Positions 9,390 to 18,805 are shown, numbered from the stretch's first letter. The stretch: 64,000 bases of DNA from Candidatus Micrarchaeota archaeon (GCA_021801225.1 JAJYYF010000012.1:58656-122655), one strand, 5' to 3'. The notes: generated by a model from the letters alone, not told the origin. Made by a program: numbers and translations.

Positions 9390-12300
9390 TTATTCTGAAT
9401 TGTCATTATCATCAATATCTGTTTTATAATCAGTTTCAGATTCTGAAATCTCTGTTTCTTCATCAGTGTTTTTGTAAGAATCATTATTGTTATCGTCTTC
9501 TGTTTTATAATCATACTCTTTATCTTTAACTTCTTCTTCTGATTGTAAATTTTCTTTATTATTCTCAGATATGCCTTTATTGGTTTTTACATCTTCATTA
9601 TCTACTTTTTTGTTAATGTTGAACTGTGTTTCATTGTTTTCTTTATCAGAAATTTCCTCATCACTCAACCATGTCTCATTATCTTTTTTATAAATCTTTT
9701 TATTTTTAATATCTTTTGAATAAACATTGAAAGTTTTTCTACCCTCTACTATTCTATACAACAAATAAATAATAGCTAATAATATAATTACGGTTATTAT
9801 AACTAAAATATTTCCGAATATTGTTTTTAAATTACTACTTGAACTACTGCTTGAATTTACAATAACTGTTGCATTACCTTTTTGCGTTATAGTTGTAAAC
9901 ACATTTTTAATTGTTGTAACTACTGTGGTTGTATTTTTAGATGTTGTATTCTCAAAAATTCCTATTATCGGATCTTTAGGTATGAAAACTGTTATTATAC
10001 AACGATTTGCATTTATTGAATAATTACTTAATTGTACCCATGTATTATTTTCAAAGATGTACGGCTTTATTCTATTATCAGAAATATTACATTGATAAGA
10101 CATATTTGTACTTACTATTAATGAACTTGAATTACTTTTTACAGTTAAGTTAAATATTGTTATTAATTTTTGATATCCTTTTGGTGTAGTATAATTTATT
10201 TTTGGAGTACTTACACTTACAGTTGCCTTAGTATTTGTTTTTGAGGATAGAACTATGTTTATTGATTTATAAATACTTCCTGTCTGGTAAATCGTTATTG
10301 GTGATTTAGCACTCAAATTAAAAGTAGAATTAAATGAATTCGCATTTGTTATTGAGAAGTTCTTTCCAGAGTTTTGTATTACTGTAAAGTTACTTGTTGA
10401 GATTTTTGTTTTATTTATTATATTAGGTATTCCTGTACTTGTATTCTTTGTACTATTTTGTAATTTTGTTGAATTTAAGTTATTTTTAGTGTATTCAAAG
10501 AACTTTATTGCTACTGTTTGTTGTAATGGTATATATGAAACATTGTAAAGTTGCATACTACATGTACTATTTCCTAATACCTCTATTGGTTGAGAATTTA
10601 AGTACAGTGTATATGGTATGTTATTTAAGGTGATTCCACTTGAATCTGGACTTATAAAGTTTAAGGTACTAAAAACGCTTTCTCCACAGAAATTAAATGT
10701 AAATGTTGCAGGAACTCCAAAATTAGTTACTAAATAACCGTAACTTGTACCTACTACTGTTGGATGTGGTAGTCCTCCTCCTCCAGCTCCTCCACCGCCT
10801 CCGCCACCTCCTCCACCACTTATCTGCTGTGTTGTTGTAGTTGAGGTAATTTGTTGTGTTCCTTGACCTCCAACTCCTATGGCCCAATTATTATCCGTAC
10901 TTATTCCTTGTAATGTTTCAGGAAGTTTTAGCCAAATACTTACATTATCAACTTCGTTAAGATTATTATACTGACTTTCGTTAGAAGCATTTCCTTGAAT
11001 CCATGTTGGAGAAGTAATTCCGGATGTTTTATTATACAAATAGATATTTTGAAGATTTGGAGATAAGTATGTTGAATAATTTAATGAATTAAATGATATC
11101 ATTAAATCTGATCCGCTACTCATGACAGCTGTTTGATTATTTTCAATGCTTATTGGTATGCAATACTCAGTTTCAGATTTTAATGTGTTTGGTATATTTC
11201 CACAAACATTATTCCCTGAATCATAAATTTTACCTGTTTTAACACTTGGCATTAAACCGTTTGGAGGATATGTTGCTACCCCTATAAAGTTCAATGTATA
11301 ATATTTAAACGAACTTTTATCATTTGATGTCAATATATCTATTGTATAGATTTTTTGATCCGCTCCAGCGGCATCGGAATATAAGTATACACTACCGTTT
11401 TTTACGTTTTCTGAAGGTCCACAGTAACCTCCTGTATGCAACCAACACCATATTACCGTTCCAGGTCCATTAACATTTTTAACATATGATACTATTATCC
11501 CATTATTGGGGGATGTTACTGGTGATGGAATTCCTTCATATTGATATAAACAGTATGATGTATTTACATTGAATCCATTATTAATTGCTATTCCATCTGG
11601 ACACGTTTGTAATATAGACGACCAAATACTACTTAATGTAGTTCCACTAAAGTTATCATAAAGACTAAAAACTTCCTTTCCATTGTCATATTCTCCATAC
11701 GTGCTTGTTAATTGCGGTGCAATTCCAATATTTGCATTTGAGTTTTGAAAGAAATTATTTAAATTAGAGGTAACTGTTTGAATTGTTGTAGTTGTCGGAT
11801 TTAGAATTTTTCCTATTGTTGTAGTAGGAATCGATGTCGATGTACTTGTTGATGTGCTTGTAGACGTTGTACTCTGAGTAGTCGGTACTGTTGTTAATAC
11901 AGTACTTGATGTTGATGTACTCGTACTTGTCGATGTTGTACTTTTAGTAGTCGGTACTGTTGTTAATACAGTACTTGATGTTGATGTACTTGTAGATGTT
12001 GTACTCTGAGTAGTCGGTACTGTTGTTAATACTGTAGTAGATGTTGATGTACTAGTACTTGTTGATGTACTTGTACTAGACGTACTTGGTGAGTTATAAT
12101 TTACTAAGACGGTGGGTGAATACTGAACTGGCCCATATATTACTTGTCCTGCTTGTTGACCGTATCCGTATTCTTGAACATAAAAACAGTAATAAGAGGT
12201 ACTTGTTGGTATTACGTTATAACTATAACTATATGTTCCAATACCTAGATCTGCTTTTCTGAAACCTTCGTCTGAGTAATTGCTATCCTGTGAACAAGAA

Positions 12301-13844
12301 CTATATGGTCCTGTTCTTAATGAAATCAAATAACTGACACGTGTTTGATTTACATAGTATACTGTTTCATTATATAATCTCAAAGTAACAGTTAAATTTT
12401 CATTAGGTCTTACATCATATGTTGAAACATTTGTCTTTAATGTTGCTAATATAGGCTGTGTGGCATTGAATGTAAATACATGTGCTTTAGGATCTCCTAT
12501 AATCACACTTTTCCATTCTAAACATGGCATTGCTGCATAAAATGCATCTCCTAATGTAAGTCCACCATAATATGCTGGAAGAAGTATATCAGGTACTTCT
12601 AAGCAAGCAGTAAAAGGTTCACTGACATACCCACTAACCCCCGTTATATTATCTAAAACCAAATCAGATATTAATGACTGTCCACCTGTCCAAGGATACT
12701 GTAAAAGGGTTCTTGCACTAGAAGAAACAAATGTTTCGCCTATCGCTCCCGGAACAAACCCATAATCCCATTTACTTGAGTTTTGACCATTATTACAACC
12801 ACAATTTGAACCCCAAGAATAGTAACCACTCAAACCCTTATTTCCTATTGGAAATGTATCTGTTATGTAAGTAGAATTTATTTGCATTTCTTGTAAAATA
12901 ATGTTAGCACTATACATCTGAGTTTCTAAAGTTGTACCTTGATATGTTGCACTTGTTGTATTACCTATTAATAATACATAACCCTTGTTATAAGCTGTTT
13001 TAGCATTTGATGCATCATTTATTAAATTATAAATGCTTTGTTGTGTAGGCCCATCTAATCTTGTAACTATATACATTCCTTTATAACTTGAATTTGAGTT
13101 GTTGAACACATTTTGCTCTAATATATACTCATTTATTGGATAGACTAGTCTTGATGCCAATCCATAAAAAGTATCATAATAAGGATTACTAACATCTCCA
13201 TAACACGTGCCACATAAATCACTCGGATCGTTTGTAAGGTTATCTGCAATTAATGAATCTATTGAAACTCCAATTCCTATATATGGGTTTGTATATGCAT
13301 TATCATCAAGAGGGACACCTACAGTCGTTACTATATACTGAATATTTGGAGTAACAGCTAATTTATTTTTTATTTGAAGTAATATTGAGTTTGTTACTGT
13401 GTTATTAACATATTCGGAATTTGGTATGTTACTTAAATTGAGTACATGTGATGTATTAAATCCCTCACTTATTCTTGCATTTTTAAAGTAATTACAAACG
13501 TTTTCACTCTCTTGACTTGCCGGGTTGCAAATAAGTAAAACATCATAATATGAATAGTATTTAGAATCAAATGATTGCAATTGAGCTTCAGTTTCAGCTT
13601 GTTTCTGTACTTTTAGTATTTTATTAGTTGTATTTGTATTTTTTGTAATATTTGTATTGTTTAAAATATTTTTATTTACTGCTGTTATAATTATGTTTGT
13701 ATTATTACTATTATTATTTATTGATTTATTTAAATTATAAATATACGGTATCAGAATAATTCCAATTAAAAAAACAAGTAAGATTTTGTTCAAAAACATT
13801 GTTTTTTGTTTATTTTGTTTTCTTTTAGAAAAACTCCTAACCAT
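9390..13844 (-). CDS. giant mosaic cell-surface protein (1,484 aa): N-terminal signal/anchor, S/T stalks, lectin-like and DUF2341-like modules, Gly linker, C-terminal TM helix plus ~120-aa acidic tail
   Basis: One uninterrupted ORF. The hydrophobic N-terminus is MFLNKILLVFLIGIILIPYIY (the real start may be this Met, at 13799). N-x-S/T sequons are very dense. Modules are shared with the proteins at 34748 and 41681. A TM helix ILVIITVIILLAIIYLLY is followed by a D/E/K/N-rich tail. Confidence 0.85.
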   Translation of the reverse strand: MVRSFSKRKQNKQKTMFLNKILLVFLIGIILIPYIYNLNKSINNNSNNTNIIITAVNKNILNNTNITKNTNTTNKILKVQKQAETEAQLQSFDSKYYSYYDVLLICNPASQESENVCNYFKNARISEGFNTSHVLNLSNIPNSEYVNNTVTNSILLQIKNKLAVTPNIQYIVTTVGVPLDDNAYTNPYIGIGVSIDSLIADNLTNDPSDLCGTCYGDVSNPYYDTFYGLASRLVYPINEYILEQNVFNNSNSSYKGMYIVTRLDGPTQQSIYNLINDASNAKTAYNKGYVLLIGNTTSATYQGTTLETQMYSANIILQEMQINSTYITDTFPIGNKGLSGYYSWGSNCGCNNGQNSSKWDYGFVPGAIGETFVSSSARTLLQYPWTGGQSLISDLVLDNITGVSGYVSEPFTACLEVPDILLPAYYGGLTLGDAFYAAMPCLEWKSVIIGDPKAHVFTFNATQPILATLKTNVSTYDVRPNENLTVTLRLYNETVYYVNQTRVSYLISLRTGPYSSCSQDSNYSDEGFRKADLGIGTYSYSYNVIPTSTSYYCFYVQEYGYGQQAGQVIYGPVQYSPTVLVNYNSPSTSSTSTSTSTSTSTSTTVLTTVPTTQSTTSTSTSTSSTVLTTVPTTKSTTSTSTSTSTSSTVLTTVPTTQSTTSTSTSTSTSTSIPTTTIGKILNPTTTTIQTVTSNLNNFFQNSNANIGIAPQLTSTYGEYDNGKEVFSLYDNFSGTTLSSIWSSILQTCPDGIAINNGFNVNTSYCLYQYEGIPSPVTSPNNGIIVSYVKNVNGPGTVIWCWLHTGGYCGPSENVKNGSVYLYSDAAGADQKIYTIDILTSNDKSSFKYYTLNFIGVATYPPNGLMPSVKTGKIYDSGNNVCGNIPNTLKSETEYCIPISIENNQTAVMSSGSDLMISFNSLNYSTYLSPNLQNIYLYNKTSGITSPTWIQGNASNESQYNNLNEVDNVSIWLKLPETLQGISTDNNWAIGVGGQGTQQITSTTTTQQISGGGGGGGGGGAGGGGLPHPTVVGTSYGYLVTNFGVPATFTFNFCGESVFSTLNFISPDSSGITLNNIPYTLYLNSQPIEVLGNSTCSMQLYNVSYIPLQQTVAIKFFEYTKNNLNSTKLQNSTKNTSTGIPNIINKTKISTSNFTVIQNSGKNFSITNANSFNSTFNLSAKSPITIYQTGSIYKSINIVLSSKTNTKATVSVSTPKINYTTPKGYQKLITIFNLTVKSNSSSLIVSTNMSYQCNISDNRIKPYIFENNTWVQLSNYSINANRCIITVFIPKDPIIGIFENTTSKNTTTVVTTIKNVFTTITQKGNATVIVNSSSSSSSNLKTIFGNILVIITVIILLAIIYLLYRIVEGRKTFNVYSKDIKNKKIYKKDNETWLSDEEISDKENNETQFNINKKVDNEDVKTNKGISENNKENLQSEEEVKDKEYDYKTEDDNNNDSYKNTDEETEISESETDYKTDIDDNDNSE
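11866..12075 (-). repeat. in-frame tandem repeat (periods 69 and 63 nt, about 3 copies) encoding the S/T-rich stalk TVLTTVPTTQSTTSTSTSTS
   Basis: The core AGTAGTCGGTACTGTTGTTAATA recurs at 11877, 11946 and 12009. Flanking sequence is nearly identical between copies. Confidence 0.85.
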
Positions 13845-13993
13845 TTTTTCATTCCTATTTTAGTAATATTCTACTTATTTGGTTATAAATATCTATACCT
13901 TGTGCTTAATTACTACCTATAATTTATTTTTAGCATTTATTCCATATAGCAGAATACCTACGATTATTGATATAATAACACTTAATGTAATTA

Positions 13994-14143
13994 TTATTGA
14001 GTAAGACTTTGAGTTATTAAACCTTTATTTAAAGCTATAACTGCGATTGCAATTCCAGGTAGATTTAATTGTTCAAATATTTCACCAGAAATTATTGCTG
14101 CTGTTAAAATTATTAATATGTCAAGTATTATCCCATATGTCAT
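13994..14143 (-). pseudogene. possible remnant of a cation/proton antiporter N-terminus (49-codon fragment)
   Basis: Own translation: MTYGIILDILIILTAAIISGEIFEQLNLPGIAIAVIALNKGLITQSLTQ**. It resembles the first TM helices of Kef/NhaP-type antiporters. A further TM-like segment (IITLSVIISIIVGILLYGINAKNKL) continues in another frame just downstream, suggesting frameshift decay. It sits in a 575-bp otherwise non-coding gap. Confidence 0.3.
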
Positions 14144-14419
14144 AAGGCTTCATTAGTAAATTAATTTAATAGTATATAAAACTTTTGAAGATTATTTAAA
14201 TAACATAAAGTAGCTCAGCATTCTTTACCGTTTAGATTGCACTTCTATGGCATTAGAAAAAAGCTATTGCATTTAAGAAATATAAAAAATAAATTCAAAT
14301 TGGACATTACAATTTTGTTTTCATTAATTTTTTCAAAAAATTTACTGGACTCTGCGATAGTCAGCCTTTAAGTGATGTGGCGAAAGTATATTGTTATATA
14401 TACAAAAATATACGCAAAT

Positions 14420-14815
14420 CTACTGCTGCCAACTACGTTCTACCAGATCAAATAGGTTGCCATACAGGTCTTCAAACACCACCTCCTTGCCCCATTGAAC
14501 TGCCTGTGGTGCTCCATGGAACTTGACGCCACCTTCCTTCATCTTCTTGTAGTCCCTCTCGATATTGTCTGTGTCAATCGTAATCAACACATGTCCTGGA
14601 GCCTGCTTGCCTATAGCTGCTTTCTTAGCGGGCGTATCCGCCTTTACAAATACAATCAGAGTTTCATTGCTCTTTTTAGGTGCCACTGATATCCATCGCA
14701 TATCAGGTCCAAATGCGTTATCAGCCAGCTTAACAAAGCCGAGCTTTTCGGTATAGAAGTTTGCAGCTTCATCATAGTCTTTAACAAGTATGCTGAAATG
14801 TCCAATTTTCATCAT
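14420..14815 (-). CDS. VOC-family (glyoxalase/bleomycin-resistance/dioxygenase fold) protein
   Basis: MMKIGHFSILVKDYDEAANFYTEKLGFVK...VVFEDLYGNLFDLVE is a typical single VOC module. The ORF-track start (14839) is a GTG, and I prefer the ATG at 14815 or 14812. The gene is visibly GC-richer than all of its neighbours. Confidence 0.8.
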   Translation of the reverse strand: MMKIGHFSILVKDYDEAANFYTEKLGFVKLADNAFGPDMRWISVAPKKSNETLIVFVKADTPAKKAAIGKQAPGHVLITIDTDNIERDYKKMKEGGVKFHGAPQAVQWGKEVVFEDLYGNLFDLVERSWQQ

Positions 14816-14915
14816 AGTATTACCTAACTTACTAGGCACTTAAAATATAAAAGACATACAGCAAGTATGAATCCCAGTGGGGGACTCACACTCTTAGTCG
14901 ACAAAAAGACAAGAG

Positions 14916-15027
14916 TGGACTCTGCGGGATTCGCACCCGCGACCTTTCCGTTTTCCGATTTTGATAAAACTTTTTTTAAAAAAAGTTTTTATGCGAACGG
15001 AACGCTCTGCTCCTGAGCTAAGAGCCC
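14916..15027 (-). tRNA. tRNA-Ala (anticodon CGC) with a 40-nt intron after position 37
   Basis: Acceptor GGGCTCT/AGAGTCC carries the Ala identity pair G3:U70 and discriminator A. D arm is GCTC...GAGC. Anticodon stem TTCCG/CGGAA encloses TTCGCA + 40 nt + A. T arm is GCGGG-TGCGAAT-CCCGC. The intron maps to 14952..14991. Confidence 0.75.
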
Positions 15028-15061
15028 ATGTTAAGATAATTAGTTTCTTAAAATATAAAGA

Positions 15062-16417
15062 TTAATGTTTTTGTACACTTGTTAAAATTTTATACTCATC
15101 TTCACTGTTACAAAACATTTTCATGAATTTTTCCTTATAAAAAGTTTTGTCAAGATACTCAGTTGCACTTCTTGTATACTTTAACGCTTCTTTTAAACAA
15201 GAACTAGCTCCTGGAGAGGGTGCCATAGAAAACTCAATGCCTTCTCCTCTCAAATCTACGACGCCTAATATTAATCGTCTCATTTTTTTATCTATTATCT
15301 GAGGCCTTATTCCGCCACCTTCTTTATAAAATTTTATATCATTATATTTTAAACTTGGGATTATTTTATTTACTTCTTCTTTAAGAAAATAATATTTTCC
15401 CAAATCCGGTATAGAATAAATAAAGTTCTTTTCAACTATTTTTTGTATATCCTTATCCTCTGATATATTAATTAAACTCTCAACAGTTTCTTTGTCAAGA
15501 CCCATTGCCTTTATGTACTTATAAGTTGACATCACATTAGTGTGTTCTAAAAATGGGACTATATTTACAGTTGGCCCATATCTTGTTATTTTCTTATTTG
15601 CAATATCAGCATCAGCATGTACCGCTGCAAAAGGTATCCCTCCTTTTTGAACTCTGTAAACCTTTCCTTTAATTACATTTCTAGAATAATAAAAATTACC
15701 TGCTACTGAAAGCATAGATAAATCCTTTCCATAACCTAATTTTTTTGCAAAGTATAAGCCATATCCTCCAGCAGCAAAAACAACAAATTTTCCTTTATAT
15801 GTTGATTTTTCAGTCCTTACAAAATAAAAACCATTTTTCCTTTCAATATCTATTGCTTCTTCTTTTAATCTCAATTTTATATTTTTCTTATTTTTTAAAG
15901 CAGACTCAACAAATGAAGTTGATAATAAACCAAAGTTTACTATATGTCCCTCTTTAGAATAAGCCGCAATTATCTCTTCATTAGGGCTTCTTCCCTTAAT
16001 TATATTCGGTTCAACTTTTAATATCTCCTTAGATTTTATAACTTTAATACTTGGGAAAAGAGAGATAAACTTTTCATCGTACCTTTTTATTATATTTTCT
16101 ACTTCTTCATTACCTACCCCAAGAACCATTTTCTGTACTTGCTTTATTAAATTATCTTTTTTAATTTTTTGTGTATACTTCAAAATTAGATGAGAAGCAG
16201 TTCTAGTTTCTATTATTTTTTCTGTATTATAATTTGTTTCAATATCTCCTACATGTAATGTTTGACTATTACTTTGACTATCAGAAGAACCCTCTCCTAT
16301 TTTTCTCTTTTCTATTAATAATATGTTTTTAATATCTGTAAACTCAGAAAGCATGTATAACAATGATGTACCTATGACTCCCCCTCCTACAATTATTACA
16401 TCATATTCATTTTCCAT
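15062..16417 (-). CDS. mqo: FAD-dependent malate:quinone oxidoreductase-like protein
   Basis: 451 aa with the N-terminal dinucleotide fold YDVIIVGGGVIGTSLLYML. SNSQTLHVGDIETNY resembles the Mqo NNAGTGHSALCELNYT region. An L-2-hydroxyglutarate oxidase-type enzyme is the alternative. Confidence 0.55.
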   Translation of the reverse strand: MENEYDVIIVGGGVIGTSLLYMLSEFTDIKNILLIEKRKIGEGSSDSQSNSQTLHVGDIETNYNTEKIIETRTASHLILKYTQKIKKDNLIKQVQKMVLGVGNEEVENIIKRYDEKFISLFPSIKVIKSKEILKVEPNIIKGRSPNEEIIAAYSKEGHIVNFGLLSTSFVESALKNKKNIKLRLKEEAIDIERKNGFYFVRTEKSTYKGKFVVFAAGGYGLYFAKKLGYGKDLSMLSVAGNFYYSRNVIKGKVYRVQKGGIPFAAVHADADIANKKITRYGPTVNIVPFLEHTNVMSTYKYIKAMGLDKETVESLINISEDKDIQKIVEKNFIYSIPDLGKYYFLKEEVNKIIPSLKYNDIKFYKEGGGIRPQIIDKKMRRLILGVVDLRGEGIEFSMAPSPGASSCLKEALKYTRSATEYLDKTFYKEKFMKMFCNSEDEYKILTSVQKH

Positions 16418-16560
16418 TTAAATACAATTATACCATAAACTAAGTCTATATTTAAATCTTACTTTTTATAATTTGTCTCAAAATATTTTACTATTAATTA
16501 ATAACTTAAATAAAACATTATTATTTAAAGTTTAGGTATCTATTATTTTTATGTGTTAAT

Positions 16561-17706
16561 ATGGGAAAAGTTAACAAAAAATTAAATGTTAAGGTAAAAG
16601 GTCTTGAAGGTGTTATAGCAGGGCAAACTAATATTTCTTATATTGATGGAATAAAAGGTAAATTATTTTATAGAGGTTACTCTATAGAGGACATAGCTCA
16701 AAATTGTAGTTTTGAAGAAACGTCCTATCTTTTAATATATGGTAAGCTTCCTAACAAAACTGAACTTAAAAATTTTGCTGAAAAACTTAAACGAAAAAGA
16801 TCCCTCCCACAACATACAATAAAAATGTTACATACATTTACTAAAAACATGAACTCTATGGAAGCATTAAGAACGGTAGTTAGTTCATTATCTTCTAATG
16901 ACAAAGATCCAAGAGTATCTTCATATAATGAAAAATTAGACATTGGGTTATCAATAATTGCAAAGATGCCTACTATAGTTGCTTATCATTACCGAATAAA
17001 AAATTCACTGGATCCGATACCTCCAAATTCAAAGTTATCTCACGCAGAAAATTTTTTATACATGTTAACTGGGAAAATTCCTGAGTCTGAAGGTGCAGAA
17101 GTTCTTGATAAAGACTTTGTTCTTCATGCAGAACACGGATTTAATGCATCATCTTTTTCAGTAAGAGTAACAGTCTCAACATTAAGTGATGTTCATTCAG
17201 CGTATACTACTGGAATCGGTACATTAAAGGGTCCGCTGCATGGCGGCGCAGCAACAGAAGTACTTTTAATGCTTAAAAGTATTAAAAAACCAGAAAATGT
17301 AACTTCTTACGTAGATAAAATACTATTATCACATGGCCGTGTAATGGGTTATGGCCATAGAATTTACAAAACATATGATCCCAGAGCAAAAATACTTAAA
17401 AAAATGGCTGAAAAATTAAGCATAAAAAACAACAACACAACATTTTTTGAAATAGGTCAAAAACTAGAAGTTATAATGTCTGATAAAAAGAAAATATACC
17501 CAAATGTTGATTTTTATTCAGCAATAGTTTACCATAATCTTAACCTTACACATGAGTTATACTCTCCAATATTTGCAATAGCAAGAAGTTCAGGATGGTT
17601 GGCACATATATTAGAACAGTATACTAATAATAGATTGATAAGGCCGCTTGAGGAGTACACCGGATCTATGAACCTTAAGTTTATACCAATATCAAAAAGA
17701 AAGTAG
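16561..17706 (+). CDS. gltA: citrate synthase (or 2-methylcitrate synthase)
   Basis: 381 aa with the GYGHRIYKTYDPRA signature, HAEHGFNAS, and a C-terminal ARSSGWLAHILEQ. Confidence 0.9.
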   Translation: MGKVNKKLNVKVKGLEGVIAGQTNISYIDGIKGKLFYRGYSIEDIAQNCSFEETSYLLIYGKLPNKTELKNFAEKLKRKRSLPQHTIKMLHTFTKNMNSMEALRTVVSSLSSNDKDPRVSSYNEKLDIGLSIIAKMPTIVAYHYRIKNSLDPIPPNSKLSHAENFLYMLTGKIPESEGAEVLDKDFVLHAEHGFNASSFSVRVTVSTLSDVHSAYTTGIGTLKGPLHGGAATEVLLMLKSIKKPENVTSYVDKILLSHGRVMGYGHRIYKTYDPRAKILKKMAEKLSIKNNNTTFFEIGQKLEVIMSDKKKIYPNVDFYSAIVYHNLNLTHELYSPIFAIARSSGWLAHILEQYTNNRLIRPLEEYTGSMNLKFIPISKRK

Positions 17707-17710
17707 TTTT

Positions 17711-18805
17711 ATGAAAAAATATACTATAAGTGTTATATCTGGAGATGGAATAGGCCCAGAGGTTGTAAACTCAGCTATCTCATGTATCGATGCAGTTTCG
17801 CATAAGTTTAATTTTTCAATAAAATGGGAGAAGGTGCCGGCAGGCGAAGAGGCATTAAATGAGTATGGATCACTTCTTCCAGAAGAAACATTAACTTCAA
17901 TTAAAAAAAATAAAGTTGCTTTGAAAGGACCGATAACTACTCCTTTAGGTAAAGGTTTCCGAAGTGTTAATGTAGATCTTAGGAAAAAATTAGAACTTTT
18001 TGCAAATTTAAGACCATCAAAAAATATACCAGGTGTAAAGAGTAGATTTTCAAATGTAAATTTAATAGTTATACGAGAAAACACAGAAGATCTTTATTCT
18101 GGCATAGAGTTCAAAGATACTTCCCAGTTATCAAAAAAATTAATACATCTTGTTGAGAACAACTCATCACTAAAGATACCAAAAGGCAGTGCAATTGCAT
18201 TAAAAACAATTTCAAAATCAGCTACAAAAAGAATAGCTGAGTTTGCATTTTTATATGCGCAAAAAAATAAAAGGAAAAAGATAACAATAATACACAAATC
18301 GAACATTTTAAAGTATACTGATGGCCTTTTTGTAAGCGAATCAGAAAATGTATCAAAAAAATTTAATTCTATAATCTGCGACAACTTAGTTGTAGATAAT
18401 GCATGTTCCAAATTAGTATCAAGACCTGAACTTTTTGATATTTTATTATGCCCTAATTTATATGGTGACATAATCTCTGATTTATGTTCTGGTCTTGTCG
18501 GTGGTCTTGGAGTTTCACCAAGCGCAAATATAGGTAATAAAGCAGCAGTTTTCGAACCTGTACATGGTTCTGCTCCAAAACATTCTGGTCTTAATGACGT
18601 TAATCCTTCAGCAGCTATACTTTCTGGAGCAATGCTTCTGAATCATTTAAACCAAACTGCCGCATCAAAAGCTCTAGAACTTGCTGTTTATTCTGTACTA
18701 AAGGAAAAAACACATGTTACCTATGATATTAATCCTAAAGCTCCAGCTTCAACTACTGAAATGACCAATGCAATTATTCAAAAAATAAAAAAGGTGAAAA
18801 AATGA
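17711..18805 (+). CDS. icd: isocitrate dehydrogenase (isocitrate/isopropylmalate dehydrogenase family)
   Basis: 364 aa with GDGIGPEV, GPITTPLGKGFRSVNVDLRKKLELFANLRP (the S-x-N...R substrate motif typical of IDH) and NLYGDIISDLCSGLVGGLG. Confidence 0.75.
   Translation: MKKYTISVISGDGIGPEVVNSAISCIDAVSHKFNFSIKWEKVPAGEEALNEYGSLLPEETLTSIKKNKVALKGPITTPLGKGFRSVNVDLRKKLELFANLRPSKNIPGVKSRFSNVNLIVIRENTEDLYSGIEFKDTSQLSKKLIHLVENNSSLKIPKGSAIALKTISKSATKRIAEFAFLYAQKNKRKKITIIHKSNILKYTDGLFVSESENVSKKFNSIICDNLVVDNACSKLVSRPELFDILLCPNLYGDIISDLCSGLVGGLGVSPSANIGNKAAVFEPVHGSAPKHSGLNDVNPSAAILSGAMLLNHLNQTAASKALELAVYSVLKEKTHVTYDINPKAPASTTEMTNAIIQKIKKVKK

Noticed and set aside
10773-10817. GGN-rich tracts (10773..10817 on minus, 40817..40882 on plus), considered as G-quadruplex or slippery/contingency sequences.
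   Set aside because: They contain mostly GG rather than GGG runs, use mixed Gly codons (not a homopolymer or a simple repeat), and are in frame in both genes. They are best explained as coding for a glycine hinge.
11866-12075. Regularly spaced repeats checked as a possible CRISPR array, along with the Ig-repeat periodicity in 34.7-44 kb.
   Set aside because: The repeats are contiguous with no unique spacers, in frame and inside long ORFs. No cas genes or leader were seen. They are coding tandem repeats.
14888-14917. Inverted repeat CACTCTT...AAGAGTG overlapping the last nucleotides of tRNA-Ala, considered as a separate regulatory element or ncRNA.
   Set aside because: It has a 7-bp stem and a 16-nt loop, is partly tRNA sequence, and could equally be a 3'-processing or terminator hairpin or part of the putative att region. 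The evidence is insufficient for a separate call.
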